Source of the DNA: Rhizophagus irregularis
Lineage: Eukaryota
Length of the DNA stretch: 64,000 nt
NCBI RefSeq assembly: GCF_026210795.1
Contig: NC_089436.1
Location: forward strand, 1,364,001 to 1,428,000
Reading direction: 5' to 3'
The position numbers and the translations under genes are program-made. This document shows, in pieces, positions 1 through 14,870 of this stretch. The notes beneath the pieces were generated by a model, which was given only the letters and a program-made list of their open reading frames with translations, did no database searches and had not been told where the DNA came from. The first letter of the stretch is position 1. Every line of letters starts with the position of its first letter.

Positions 1-3000
1 CAAAAAAAAAATTTATTATTAGCTCTAAGATCTCGTTCAGGGCCGAAATTACAATAATTCCGGCTGGTGTCTAAAGAAGGAAATAATTTCCTGACTAGAA
101 TTATCAAAAATTATCCATATAAGGAAGGATCTACGTGATTATTCTACGAACTTCTACACGTTACCAATCGTTACCTACATGAGACTTTTCCGGGGTCCTC
201 TTATTATTGCCGAAATTAATTTGCTTTCTCTTATCTGAAGAATTTGCATCAGAAGAACTTGAATATTTCTTTTTATAAAGGATTCGAATATTGGGGATTC
301 TCGGAAAATTGACTGAGAAATGGTATATTCAGGAAAACGCCATTTAGGAAAAGGTCCGACAAGGTTGTAAATTATTATAGTTTGTAATTACATTAGACAA
401 TCTATATTATATATTATTATATCAACATGAATAAATGTATTATAAAAAGAATAATATTATTAGGAGGTTTGTTACATGAATACATCAACAAACCTTTAAG
501 TTTGTACTATGTATCATTTCAAAATAAAGTTTAGCCGTTCCTATTTTAATAAAATAGATTAGAGTTTATATAATCTTTGTCAATATTGATACAAAAAATA
601 GATGAGACAAACTGATTTATTTGTATTAATAATTATCTTCCGTTTTTTAAATAATATTAGTGCTGAACCTTCCGTTAAATCAGTCTTAGAAATATATAAT
701 GTAATAAATTTTTGAAGTAAACGAAAATTCTTAAAGTGTTGAGAATTGAAGTCATGCATAATTAATTACATATCAATACGCAAAAGATATATTATTGTAT
801 TTATTATATATGTTGGATTAAATATTAATTAAGATTTAAAAAAAAAGAATTTGGAAAAGGAATAAAGGAATGAAATTTTTAAATCTAACGCTTCAAGATC
901 CAGAATTTAATTTCTTCGACAATATCAAAAATTGATTTATAAATCCAACAAATCCAACGGATCTATTACATACTGTTTCGGCTCAAATATCCCAAACATT
1001 GCAGAAATACTACTAAAAAGTGAAAACATCGGCCAATTCGGTCATGCATCAAAGAACTCATAACGGTTTCATTAAAGGTTATCCTAAAACGATTAGATAA
1101 TTCTCAGAATATAAACCAAAAATTTGTAATCAAATAGATATTTATAATATTAGTACATAACATAGTAGAGCGAAAACTAATCTCTTCGGCAAGTCAAATT
1201 GATTAGACCCTAACATTCGTAAAGATAAGAGGCTAATATCATTGTAAATACTTCGAATCTACGTAACTACGAAAAATTTTTTTAAGAGGAATTCGAACCG
1301 TCCTTTCCGAAATCTTTACATTGGTGTAAAATAATTTTTGAAGAAATTTTTAACCAGGAAAATTTACAATTAACATTGAATGAGTTAGCATATAACATTG
1401 CAACATTATATAAGTCAATCAAGTATAACATTTACGCGATCGGACCAGATTACCCCGAGCGACCAAGATCCATATTCATAATATCTCTAAGACTCAACAC
1501 AATTTAGTTATGCGTAAATTGAAATAACTATGTAACATTTTTGTTAAAAAGTATTAATAAAATTAATTCATAAAAAATTTGAAGTGGTGGCGTTTTTATT
1601 TCATACTTACTTGATTTACGAATTTTTGATTTATATTCTGAGTGTATCTAAAATCGCTTTAGGATGATCTTAATGTGACATTACGAGCTAATTTGAACCT
1701 TTATAGTCGAAAGTGCCTCGTTTATTAGTATATTCAATAAGTCGAAATCAATCCACTCAAAGTAGTCTGTGCTATTACAAATTTACAATATCGCAATTTT
1801 GCATCACGCAACGGCAGTTCGTTGACTAATTTACAATCTGAACAATTACCGTATGTAAAAGTCTTATTATTATGATGAGATCCCGAGACCCGGAGGTCAG
1901 TCGGGGTGTTTTGTTTCTTTTATTTGCTTTTTTATGCTTTAAAAAATTTTTTTTAACAAGAATGAGAACGGGCTATATTTCTAATAAGATGCTATTTTTA
2001 TAAACATTTGAACGAGGATCTTTTTTATATTTATCTAAAAGGAAAATAAAATGATGCAACAGTATTTAAAGATATTATGAACCTTTTACGTGTCCCATAA
2101 AATGAACCCATATGAAATAGCACTTAAAATCATCACGTTTTTGATTCATGCAAATAATTGGGCCAATTATATTTATTTGTTTTTTTTTCGGCGTAATAGA
2201 GCAAATCTTATGATATCTGCATAACAGACCCCAACTATATTGTCGGATTACCCTCATCTCATTATTTTATTTCCCTAACTGGAGCACCCGATAAAAAATA
2301 AATCTATAAATGTACATAATAATGATGTATTACTTGAATATACTAAGCCACATATACAATACTAGTAGCTTATATACTTATTATTTAGAATACTTAAATT
2401 GTTATTTTGATAAAAATGAAAAATAGAGCACGGAACTTCTCCTAAACTATTGTTTTTGAAATTCGTATAGATAGAAATTGTATTTTTATTTTATTTTGAT
2501 ATATACGAAATTAATTTTTGAGGGAAAAACCATAATTAATTACTAATCAACATAATTATGAGAATGAATTACCAAAAATATTCAGCTCGTGACTCGATGA
2601 CAAAGCCATTTCTTGCCCGTAACTTTTATTTCGTAGTTCTATAAGCCATTTTTACATTTTTTCCACAGAGAAATATAAATAGCTTTTTATTGATAATTGT
2701 TCTTAATTTAAGAATTTAAATTCTTCATTTATACAGATAATAGTAACTTAAATCTATCACTCATAAATTGTATTGTAAACTGAATACCTTGGGACTACTT
2801 GTATAAAGAAACTAAATTACAAAATCGAAGAGTTTCTTAAAAAACGAACGACTTGTCGAATTCTTTAAGATGGTTAATAATTTCAATGGTCTGTTGATGT
2901 TAAAATCTATACATTACAATATAAATGCTTATTCCTGCTTATGATCACGTGGATATTACTATCTGACTGTTTCCTGACCCGCATTATTCCGATTTTGACT

Positions 3001-6000
3001 AGAATTCATATACAATTAGCGACGGAAATATACGGTATGCGTCGTGCCGTCGTTAAGAGATTTCGGATCAGTAAATTTTATTCAAATTTGCAATTCGAAA
3101 TTTTGAACTATACAGCAATGATAGTTCATTGTTCTTCGCAACCTAGATAGTTACCAAATAATAAAAATTTATTGTATGAAACAATATTAAGCTCGTAAGT
3201 CAGGTTGTGATGCACAACATTATATTTTTTTACTTTTGCTTTTAACACGCTGCATTCTTATGATCAGACGCATTATTAACTATTACTGATACAAAATGAC
3301 AATATATTTCTACTTTGTATTGTTTTTCATCTCGTAACAATACATATTTGAAATATTTTTTTTATTCAAATTAAAAGACAAACTGAAAAAAAGATCAAAT
3401 GAAAATATTGCATCATGCTGTGTGTATATAGCCTGATTCAATCTTGAAAAAAATAATAAAAAAAAATGAAAATGCAACATAATGTGCGTCAATAACGAAG
3501 ATAATAATGGTGTGTAACGTTGATTGAGCGATAAGGAATAAAGTTTGAGATACATATGTGGCGTATTTCTTTATTCTCGTTACACTGTACATAGTACAGT
3601 ACGTATACACGGAACCTGGACAATTTTAATTATAATTAAAAGTATGGCAAAGAAATTGTGCATATTTACAATTAAAACTCTCGATATTATTTTATTTTAT
3701 TATTTTATTTTTGCATACTTCTACGTATACAGATAGCAAAAAAATTTCTTTATTACATGGCTTAAATTTTAACCAACGAATTCACAAGATTTTGATTCTT
3801 TTTTTAAAGTTCTACGTACATTAACATAATAACACTCGGGAAGATTCGGGAGAAAAAAAGTAATTTGATCATAGTAGGTGTGTGGAGGTCATCCCTTGGG
3901 CAATATTCGAAATTGGGGATCGACAATGCAATCTGGATATCGACGAAGTATAGTTGTTCTTTTTTCTGTGCGTTCCTTTCCGATTTTTATTCTTACTATA
4001 TGTTCGATGTTTTCTCATTATATACTAATTGTTACCTATTATAATATTCATTACCTGTTATCGTAATATTTATCGACCACAGCAAATATTTCTTCGTTCA
4101 TCAGAAATTGTTAACAATGATTCTAAGAATTGGATTGGTGAGTTCTGGGGTAGTAAGCAGTCGCACACTTTCGACAAATGTAATGTATCCCTATATTTTT
4201 CGTAATATTTTTTTAGCGTATGTTTTCACTAAAGATTAACACTTGAAATCATCGCCAATAATACTCTTATGTCAGTTAATACATGGGAACATTTTTATTT
4301 CACAAATTACAAGTAAAAGTTTTTTCTCATAAATCGTTGTACCTCATGTTACGAAAATAATAATAGTACAGAACACATATGCGAGTAAAACACGATTTCA
4401 TTAATGTCTGTACAGTAATCGCACAACCTCATTTGTTTTTTGTATTTATTTGAGATCGTGACCCGTGGGTCACACTGTCGCTCTTTCCGGATATTCTTCA
4501 CATATCACTTTGCTTAATTGTCTACTGCGCCTTAGAACTAATTTTTGTTGACTACGGTACGCGACAAATAAGTAATTAATGAACTAGTGTTAAATCACGT
4601 GACTGTAATTTCCGAGAGGCCCGTCCCAGAAAAATATTCTCCGCACCAAAAACAATTTCCGGAGGAGATGATCAGAATCTGTCGGACACTTCATCAGAAA
4701 CCACCATAGTTGGAGAGTGCACTGCAATCATTGCACAATGGAATACCACAAAATTCAGCCTCTATCTAATACGTATCCTTTGGAGTAATAATTTCTTAAG
4801 TTTTCGATTACTAAAAAACTATTACTGTTTCCTTATTCATTCGATTTCTTATCATTAATACTACACGTGTAATGTACTAACATGTGCCCTCCTTTGTGCT
4901 CGTGGATAATTACTCATCTAGACCATTAATTAATGAAACTATCACATGACAATATAAGAGAAGCTTACGAAGTAAATTTTCAACATCTGCGGATACTAAT
5001 TCCTGTAGAATATATCTTTCAAAAACATCGCCCACATGAGTATGAGCAGTTGTTTCCTTTTTCGTAGGACAAATGCGATGTCAAAAATTACGTTCTCTTT
5101 TACCTTGTTAGCAATTGGTCTTATCTGCGGAATTCTTAATACTCAGTAATGATAATTCTGATTAAAAACGATGATATAATATTGATGCCTGGAGGATGTG
5201 ATCGATATATTATATCTTCGGGTATATAAGAACATGGTTAGATGACATCCAACTCATATACAATACAGTAAAAATGACTTATCATTCGTTATCTATTATC
5301 TTTTCCAAATATTATTTTACTCACTAGTAGTATTCTTATCCATTAAAAATCGCCTAAGAAAGTTTCTATATCGAAAACACTATTGAAATTAGCGCATTCG
5401 TTGATAAAAAATATGAATTTTATTGTCGATTTCGTTTTTTCTTGATTTGATGATGTCACAATTATTATAAAAGTGATCTATCGACAAATATTCTTTAAGA
5501 ACAAAATAGTAGCACTAGCTGTTGTTAATTGATATCTAAAGATGTAAGCAATTACTCAAAAAAAAATAATGCGTGATAAATATATACAATCAGTTTTGCA
5601 ACCATATACACAGAGAAACAAAACACAATGTGACAATAATAACTATATATTTGTGACTAATAAGGTGTAAAAAGGTCTGGGACTCTGGGGTAGCTTCTAA
5701 TAATTAATATAGTATATGATTCGTTTTTGAAAGAAATATCTCGATAATAATCAACAATACAAAAACGCAAACCGTTGTTAACAAATAATAAACAGGCTCA
5801 GACGTTATCTTCTTGGGGTTACCAAAGAATCTTCTATAGCTTCCGATAGAGTATCATCCTTAAAAATTATTTTTTACTGATAGATCACGTGATAATGCAA
5901 AATAATGTAATCTGAGTTGTCTTTTTTTATTAAAAAAAAAAAATTTGATGTAGCTTAAATTTCTACGATGTATTGTGTATATATTGCAATGCATAAGTCA

Positions 6001-6146
6001 AATCTTTTTATTAAAATAATATTAAATAAACAATATAATTAGCATAGTCTACAAATTAATAAAAAAAAAATGTCTAGTATTAAAAACGTCCTTCTTGCTA
6101 TTCAAATGCTTTTGTCCATTTTTTAGTTTCAACTCTTCTTTCATTC

Positions 6147-7373
6147 TTATATAAAAATGTGTCTAATAAAATAATTAAAGCCCTTATCTTTATTCGTATA
6201 AATGAAAGCATCATCACACTCAGGAGTGAATTTCTTATCGGTTCTTGGAGAAAAGAGATTACCCACCAGAGTGCATTTTATGTTGGGAAATAAAATATCT
6301 AAAGCGTAACCAATAACAGCGAGACGCCAGCACAACTGAACAAATCCATGCTTAATGATATCATTAGATTCTGATCTTTTAATTTCTCCTATTTCTAGGT
6401 TAAGTATAACATTAATTCCCGTAACGATTACTTCAATTTTTCCACGCACATCGATATTGATCATCTTTAAAAAAGGGGTATACCCTTTCTTCGATGCCTT
6501 ATTCAGATCTGTTACTTGGGCGGTTAATATCATTATAGTGATACTTTATTGGTGTATTAAAAAAGATTGTTTGGATGAGTCACCAACCTTGCTTCCTATA
6601 TTGTTTAAAAAAATATGTGTGAGTGTTGTACTACAAAGATCAAGAACTATAGCCAGTAAGTTTAGGTATGTAAAGAACAGAGTTTGTTTGTCTCTTATGT
6701 TTCTAGAATATAACGATCTTGAATTCCTAAACTCATTTGTCTTTTTACCTTACCCATTCATATTTTGGGAATAATAACACATACATTTGCTTTTAGAAAA
6801 ACTCCATCCCATTTTTGATCCAAGTAAATCTGATGACTCTTATCTTTTTTCTTTAATGCAATATTTATAGATTCTTTAGCAAAAGAAAAAAGCTCGATAT
6901 GGTTGTCAGAGTTATATAATTTTTCTGCCTTGTTGACATAATCTTTAAAGTTTTCAATTAAACCATTATTCTGTTACAAAAATAAAAATAGCAATTAATT
7001 TCTTAAGATAAAAATTCTTTGGTATTTTTTCTTTATCACTCATGTAAATATATCTCGCTATTTTATCAGCTCTGTGGTCCATAATGTAAGCCTGACTATC
7101 GTAATCCATATTCTCTTGAGGCAGAATTTGGTCCTTTGGTGCAATTATACGTACAAGACCATTTAAATCGTAAACATTAAATTCTTCAGAATAATGTTGC
7201 CTGTATTTTTTGCCTATTTCATTTCGGGCAATAATTTCATATATTTTTCCAAATTCTCCTCTCATATTTTTGTAAACATCATTAATCTTATCATCAATCT
7301 TTTTGTCAATACCATCGAACCTTTTGGCAACATTTTTATCCATAGAACATATTTTTTCAAAAATTACTTCCAA
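6147..7373 (-). pseudogene. Disrupted multi-exon hypothetical gene; C-terminus has a PD-(D/E)xK-like motif (IDVRG...LEIGEIKRS)
   Basis: Protein-like ORFs 6966-7373 and 6147-6533 on one strand, with an internal exon (NNGLIENFKDYVNK...). The expected first donor reads ATGAGT rather than GTGAGT, and an in-frame TAA precedes MILTAQ. Confidence 0.5.
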
Positions 7374-7852
7374 GGTTTATCTATATAATTAAATATAATG
7401 GATTATTCAAGCATGTTGAACAGTAAAGGCCCTTTTGACCATTTTTTACAGAAAGTAACAAAAAACTAAAACTCGCAAACACATATTATTCGCATCAATA
7501 CTAGACTTTTGGTTATTATCACTATTCATACTGAAATTATTTTAAAGAAAAAGGATAAAAATTTGTTTTAAAGAAAAAGATAAAATTTTTTTTAAAAGAA
7601 AAAGGATAAAATTTTTTTTTTAAAAAAAAAAGTTTTAAAAGTTTATATATGATGACTAATAATATAGACTATATAACATCATCGTTAGACGCAGAGATGA
7701 TGAATTTTGCGGTGAAATTTTATGATCTGCCGACAGTTTCTGTCCTGCTTCTGCGGCCCTGAATTATTATTTCGGTGCATATTCTGCTCATTTGTTTTGT
7801 AATTCTGCTAATTTCGGCAGACTTTGGCTGTAAAAAATATTTGTTGACTTTA

Positions 7853-8019
7853 CATATGGGGACACGCACAGCAAAACAAGGGGATAGGATTTAAAAATTT
7901 TTTTTTGAGACTTCATTACAACTGTAATTTTTGGATAAATTGGAGCATAATTATCATATAAACTTAAGAAATTTTTTTTTGAGGCTATCCCCTTGTTTTG
8001 CTGTGCTTATCCCCATATG
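7853..8019. mobile_element. MITE with ~35-bp terminal inverted repeats
   Basis: CATATGGGGACACGCACAGCAAAACAAGGGGATAG at left; its reverse complement with 2 mismatches at right. TA or ATAT target duplication, depending on where the ends are placed. Confidence 0.8.
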
Positions 8020-8164
8020 ATCTTTGTCAGTGACGTGCTATTGACGGTTTTTTATTGCCGTCACAAAAACCGGAATATTCTGTATTTCTGGATAAGGACA
8101 ATTTACTGTACATTGTACATTAACCCATGAAATTCCTCATCCACTTACGTCACTACGATAATTT

Positions 8165-8459
8165 CCCTATAAAAAAAGAAAATTCGGAATTTGTCCTGAA
8201 AAGTATGGAAAATGTCCGGAAATTTTCCGTGCGTCCGGAAAACATTCGGAAACAGTCACGTTTTGGAACATTTTCCAGACGCACAAATTCCAGACATTTT
8301 CTTGACACTCCAGAATTTGTCCGGAATTTGTCCAGAATCGAGCGTCCGGAAAATGTTCCAAAACATGACCGTTTCCGAATGTTTTCCGGATACACGGAAA
8401 ATTTCCGGACATTTTCCATACTTTTCAGGACAAATTCCGAATTTTCTTTTTTTATAGGG
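8165..8459. mobile_element. Near-palindromic CMC/CACTA-type MITE (CCCTA...TAGGG)
   Basis: Arms of >110 bp are near-perfect inverted repeats; 3-bp TTT duplication on both flanks; internal TTTTCCGGA repeats. Confidence 0.88.
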
Positions 8460-9810
8460 TTTCTTTTCTTGAATTAAACTACCCCTGTCTATTTCCTTTT
8501 ATATTTGTAACATTATTTTGTAACTTGTTTTTTAAAAAGTTAACCTATCAAGTCATTATTATTTGTTGGTAAAATATTTTTGTGTTCCTTTTTTATATAA
8601 TTTATAGTTACTTTGACAAGTTTCTTGTTGATTATATTAAAATTATGAGATCAGGAAAAAGTTTTCGATTAATAATTTACAATAAATTGTGTCAAGCGTC
8701 AACCAAATAATGTTTGCAGATTGGAGAGTGTAGCCAATATTTTCATCTATATACATATATATTACAATTATCTCCAAATGTCAAATAAATATTTTAATAA
8801 AGATCGAATTTGTTGATTGTTTAAGTTATATTGAAGCATTCTGGCCGTGTTTGTTGTTAACTTGCCACATGCGTTTGTGAGATTAGTACAACTAAAAAAG
8901 TGATCAAAGAATTCATTTAACTGTCACAGTATTTGCATTTGACGTCTCCGCATAAGTGATAATATCATTTTTTCATAATTTCTAATGTAGATAGGACTGT
9001 AGGAACTTCTGATTCAATTTAAAAGCTTCAGTTAATGAATATGCTGTTATCCTTGCTTCAGTTGCTTGACGTGCAGTTGAATCATGTATCTTCAATCAAT
9101 TTGAAACAGTTGAAGATATCTCTATTAATCCTAATCCTATTATATCTCCAGTTTGCTTCTATGACAGGCACAAATGTGATCAATAAATTTTCCGATGTTT
9201 TTATCAATAATCTGATTGTATCATAAATGTAAAATTATGTCTAAATTAATATTGTATCGCACTGAGGATCTATATTATCTGCTAATTCATTACCCAGTAC
9301 CCCGAATATCCATTAAATTAGTATCTAATTGTTTTTCTGTACAATCAATCATTCATAAAAAAATTCATCTCAATAAAGTTAAATCTATTAAAACATCATG
9401 CATTCATATTGACAAAAAAGTGAAAGAAATGTTTTTTTTTTGGATTTTAATATTTATCGGAAATACATCCATTATATAATCATTTGCATGTAAAACATAA
9501 ACAAAAAACTTACCAAGATCTTCCCACGCCATACAGAGATATGACACATTCCAAATTCGAAAAATGGTTCTTTCGAAATTAATTTATTTTATACAAGTGT
9601 GGCTATCTTTTTAGTATAGATTTTTTTTCTATTAAATTATTGGCTGGTTAGTCTTAATAAACAGCAAATGAGTTATACTAGAATGATAGACAATTTTAGT
9701 ATTATACATTCTTTTTGCTAACATTATTTATTCATATGAAAATGCGAATGTACGAATTAAAATAAAATTAAAATGAACTTCTCCATATTATATTTGACAA
9801 GCCTCTAAGC

Positions 9811-9991
9811 CCCTATGGAAAATTGTAATATTCCGGTCACTTTCTGGAACCAGGCCCGAACCCTCCTAGACATTTTCCGGGCATTTTCCGGAATTCACAA
9901 TGTCTCTGCGTCCGGAATATTGCAATTTTCCGGACATTTTCCGGACGCCCGGACATTTTCTGGACATTTTTCTGACATTTTTTTTATAGGG
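9811..9991. mobile_element. Degenerate CCCTA-type MITE related to 8165-8459
   Basis: CCCTAT...ATAGGG ends and the same GGACATTTTCCGG internal repeats; TSD ambiguous. Confidence 0.7.
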
Positions 9992-10957
9992 TAAGTAGAT
10001 CAATTTATTATTTTTTGTGAGACTATTCATTATTCAGCGTTCAAATTCCAAATCGGACTACCTTTGTCTGCATCGAAATTGTATCGGTAGATAATTGTTA
10101 AATAATATTCATATAATTCATTTATTTATTCGAAATTTTGGGGAGCACGCTCAAATAAAAAGTAAATATCCCGTGAATCGATCTTAAAAATGTACGAATC
10201 ATTTTGCCACATTTGAGTAATAGTCGCTACTTTGCCTCAATCTCACATATCAACTACGAATGAATTTATTCACAACTAATTTCGGTGTTTTAATTTTGTC
10301 GATTCAGGATATTTAGTGAAATTCACTACCGGATTTTGCCAGTGCCAAGTCCCACGACTTTGAAAGCTCAAAAATATATAGAAAGAAAGCTAAATCAACA
10401 CCAGTGAAAGGCAGAATTTGTCATTAAATAAAATTTTGTAATTGGTCAATATAAAGTATGTTATTGAATCATTAATATGCTAATATCCAAACTTATTGCT
10501 ATATGAGAATTACTCTATTTTTTTTTAATATACTAAAAAATAATTATAATATTATCAAATGCGGAAAATTTAAATCATAATGCATAATCATAATTTTATT
10601 GATATAAATGAATTGTTATGTTAAATCTTAAAAAAATAAATAAATAAGTATTCATAATCAATTACATAATAACATTTTACCATAAATGTAAATATAACTC
10701 ATAGAAACTTAATTTTATGATTCCCTATAAAAAATGAACCCCAATTTAGAAGAAATATTCGGTTGTAACAATTAGCGTTAAACCATTTTTTTTTCAAAAG
10801 CTATAATTCTATAAATAAATATAGTTATAAGTGATTTTTCTAGATTCTAGAAACAAAATATATAATATTAATTAACACAAATTTATATTCAATAATTTAT
10901 TCGCATTAGTATACGTTTTTAAATTTTCTATATAAACATATAAAATTGTAATTAAAC

Positions 10958-11611
10958 TTAGATTAAAGAGGGGTTGAAACTATTTTGATGATTTTGATAA
11001 TTTGTGAAATTATTGAAATCAACTTGTTGCTGCGGTTGAATGTAAGTGCTCTCCGATCCATTTATAAAATGGTCACTGCCTGGCAAATCATTGTAACTAT
11101 AGTTTTGAATATCTGCCATTGGTGTTACTATTACATGATTCCCAATATCAAGTGAGTATGTATTTCTACAATACACTCGATAGTAAAGTTTTTGCTTCAA
11201 GCTTTGTTCGAGATGTAACTTTTGATGTATGGATAATACTCGCATATCAAAATCCATTTCACAAATTTCATCGTTCAAAACGTTTTCTACTAAAGAACTT
11301 GAGAGTAATTTACAAGTAACATGATATCTTGTTGAGGGATCGCTTGGATGCTGGTAAAAGAATTCGTGACTATGGCGATCATGACTATCGAGAGTGTCTT
11401 CTTGTGAAATGATTTTACAATTAACAAGATAAAAATTATCATCATTTGATGAAAAATGATAAAACTTTAAGAAGCAGATTAGATTTTTTTGTTGTTGAAT
11501 TTCATAATAAAAATCACGTGTTGGCGCGTTTTGATTGGGACGAGCGGAGACAGGTTGAGAATAATTTATAGTAGATGATTGTTGATCATAAAATGAACAA
11601 GTACTATCCAT
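10958..11611 (-). CDS. Hypothetical protein (217 aa) with two FFY/FYH...YxVxCK motifs and a Q/N-rich tail
   Basis: Uninterrupted ORF in AT-rich DNA, protein-like composition; 3' splice-like signal just upstream of the ATG. Confidence 0.65.
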   Translation of the reverse strand: MDSTCSFYDQQSSTINYSQPVSARPNQNAPTRDFYYEIQQQKNLICFLKFYHFSSNDDNFYLVNCKIISQEDTLDSHDRHSHEFFYQHPSDPSTRYHVTCKLLSSSLVENVLNDEICEMDFDMRVLSIHQKLHLEQSLKQKLYYRVYCRNTYSLDIGNHVIVTPMADIQNYSYNDLPGSDHFINGSESTYIQPQQQVDFNNFTNYQNHQNSFNPSLI

Positions 11612-12041
11612 AATGCTGTATAAACGTTATTATTAGAACAATGAAAAAATTATATATTTCACAATTAATAATATTACAATAAAATCTGGTTGTAATAATT
11701 AATTGAATTTATTCTTACAAGAAAGGACATACAAAGTATACAAAGAAAGATTTAACACGAAAATTTTAATAAAAAAATAATAATGAACGATTTTTAAATA
11801 TCGTATAAAAAGAGGATTTAAATTTTCTTTTTTTTAAAAAAAAATTCGAAGGAAAAAGTCTTCAACTGTCATCTTTATAGTGGTAGGGGCAAAATGAGTT
11901 CTGATTTGCGGTATCACGTGTATAAACTCACATGATACGTCTTGCAAATGACTCATCATAGTTCGTCATTCGAGTATTAAAATGACACATCATTTGTAAT
12001 CATGTGTCAATTGTGTCATTTCAAGTCATTTTTCAAACAAA

Positions 12042-12222
12042 TTTAGCATACTTTCTCTTATTGCCAATATTAGAAGGCAACGGACAGTTTTTTAAATTCA
12101 GTATTTAATTCCTATCATTGTATTACTAGAATTTGATTCTCTGTTGAATTCCATATTTAGAAAAACAAAAAGAAACTCTCTGTAGTAATAGATCGTCATC
12201 ATATGATTGTTGTCATTCGGAG
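12042..12222 (+). repeat. ~175-bp direct repeat, copy 1
   Basis: Nearly identical to 17545-17714 (TTTAGCATACTTTCTCTTATTGCC...TCATTCGGAG). Confidence 0.9.
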
Positions 12223-13199
12223 TTCGGTTGCAAAGTTAACAGAGCTTTTTCACCTTTTGGTATGATTTATATCTATTATACGCCAATAGTAGGGGCAAAA
12301 TGTGAGTTCTAGGACAAAATTTTCCGAAGGTATCCAGAAAAGCTTCCAATAATATTTCCGAAGCTTTCTAGCTAATAAGAATCCATAATATATAATTCAA
12401 TGCTTAAAATTGTGCCAGGCTCAAATTTTGCTATACGAAAATTTCTGGTATCAAATTGGCTTAGAAATAAGCATAGGATACCAAGAATAAAACCATCTAT
12501 TATAGCCTTTCTAGCCCAATTTTAATTCCAAATAATAAATCGAAAAATGTATGTCATACTGGTTGCCTCTGAAAGAAACATTGAATATAATCAAACGAAG
12601 TGAGATTATATTCAATTTTCGACTTATTCAAGCCTAAAAAGCATACCATATTTTCATGATATCCTAGAATTAATTCTTAAAAGTGATTCATTTCCATCTA
12701 GCAAAGGTCAAAAAGTCACCGAAAATCAGCTTTGGTAAGACTTTTTATATATCACCAATTAAGTAAAAAAAGTATAGCTCTTATTCTAGTATACCAAAGA
12801 TTTTATGTAATGCAAGAAGACACTCTAAAACCATTTAAATAACATAAGCACTAGGACAAAAAATATTACCAAAAATTTGACAAAAAAATCTATGGTTGAG
12901 ATTTACTTTACTATTAAAATAATATTTGGGATTCTGTACCCATTTTATCATCCACCCATCCTGAATGACTTTTTTGTAAAAATTACCATTAATTTTAGCG
13001 AAAATCAATAAATATTTTATAATGCAATATAGCGGGAATATTATTTAATGTGAAAATTATTGAATTTTTACATTATTAGCTATATATTTTATATATTTTT
13101 ACTACACTTCCTTTTCCTTAACTTATAAGCTAGTAGTTAGTATTTTTAAATAAGTATTTCAAGCAAGCTGCTTGATATATCCCTTCAAATTATTATAAT

Positions 13200-14340
13200 T
13201 CAAATTTATACAGCAATTACATATGTTCTTCCAAATCCCATCCGCAAACACTCCCCTCCAGAATTCAATAGCTTCATCTACTTTATTTGAAGTATTTATA
13301 TTAGCTTCAAGTACTTGATTCTCATTTAAGCGAATGTAAATGGATTGAACAAGCGTAAATAAGTCATCTTAAAACTTAACAATTGGTCGCTCAGCTTTTA
13401 TAGCTTCCATCAATTGTAATGAGTGAAATGGCAATGCCAGACCACAGAAATTCCAATTCTGAAATTTATAAACAAATTAGTAATAATATAAATCATAACT
13501 GACTTCCAGAAGAACACTTACATTTCCTGCACACAAACTACACCTAAAATCAGCTAAGATAAGCCTGCCATTGTAAATAAGAATATTATTCAATCGTACA
13601 TCGCCATGTACTATATTATTTTGATGACATATCCACAACATCCCCCAGTTTTGACACAGGCTCGTGAGATTCTTTGAAGTTTGAACAATCCAATTGCTTG
13701 TGGTTGTAACATTAACGCAGTGTTTGATGATTTGACGAGCTTTATAATTCTCTCGTCAGTAGTATGGCTTTGAAGCTTATTTAATATTTATATTTCATTT
13801 TCACATTTCTAATAACTTTGACAATGGAGTTTATATCACCAATGACACAAATGTGGTAGAATTTGATGTAGATGCAATCAAGTCTCTAATTGTGCACCCA
13901 GTCCTGAAAGTCATAAAATTACAAAATTAAAAAGTGCATACTGCAGAGATGATATTAGGTCATCAAAATACCTGACATGGGATGGCAATATATCAAACTG
14001 AGAAGTGCTTGTAAATACTTTGTAGTTATTTGGTTGCTAAGGCTTATTTGGTCAGAAAATGATATCTTGTATGGTGTTTTACTTTCTTCACTACAATCAG
14101 TTAGGAACCCTGTAATTTCCTTTATTGCTTCAGTGTTAGAGTAGCATAATGTAAAACTTGTCCCGATAAGTAGAATTGAAGCAAGAACCTAAAGGTTTTA
14201 TTTCTCCTATAACTTCTACTGTATGTGATGTTAGCACAAATATATGGAGCTTTTCCATCAAGAAATTTTTTCCCAGCTATGACATAGTTATTATCTAATT
14301 GCGTAAGTGGGACACTATTGACATTTGATATTTCAGGCAT
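13200..14340 (-). pseudogene. Degraded protein-kinase-like gene
   Basis: Minus strand near 13520-13645 reads WICHQNNIVHGDVRLNNILIYNGRLILADFRCS (catalytic loop and DFG-like motif) up to a GTAAGT donor; neighbouring exons contain stops. Boundaries approximate. Confidence 0.65.
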
Positions 14341-14870
14341 ACCCTTTGATAATACCCTTAAGTTTGTAATTTTTCACACTCTTTATCATCGGCCAGCGGT
14401 CGGCGGTGTATCAATTGAAAGGTCACGTCTGGAGAGTTAACCATAATACTCTAACACGTGTCGGGTTATATACTTTCCACAAGCGAGAAAGGCTGTAGGT
14501 AGTTGCATCAAAAAGAGTTTGAAAATGACATCTCTTATTTTTTCTTTTTCGTATTTAATTCCATTACAAGTCTCTTTCGTTTTCTATGAGACAATGTTCA
14601 CGTCAAAAAGAAATTGGCTTACCTCTTGATTTGACATATCCGATATATCCCCTCAAGTAGTCAACTTTTTCTTTATTTTCTGTTATTGTTGAAAGAACTT
14701 TCTCTACTTTATTTGCGTCTTTTTGGTTAAAAAAATGCATAGCAGAAATATCGATCCAATACACAATATGACTAATATGAATTAACTTTTTTGTTGAATT
14801 ATTGCATCAACAGATATCTGATATTGAATTTTTTTTTGAACAAGTGCTAGAGAAATAAGAGAAACATATG

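Noticed and set aside
1..6100. Short ORFs and scattered CACGTG motifs
   Set aside because: ORFs are short with AT-driven composition; motifs cannot be tied to a gene without enrichment statistics.
8127..8477. Four overlapping ORFs with mirror-image translations
   Set aside because: Artefact of the palindromic MITE.
8700..9570. Degraded minus-strand gene
   Set aside because: Splice-like signals are present but no recognisable protein motif could be recovered.
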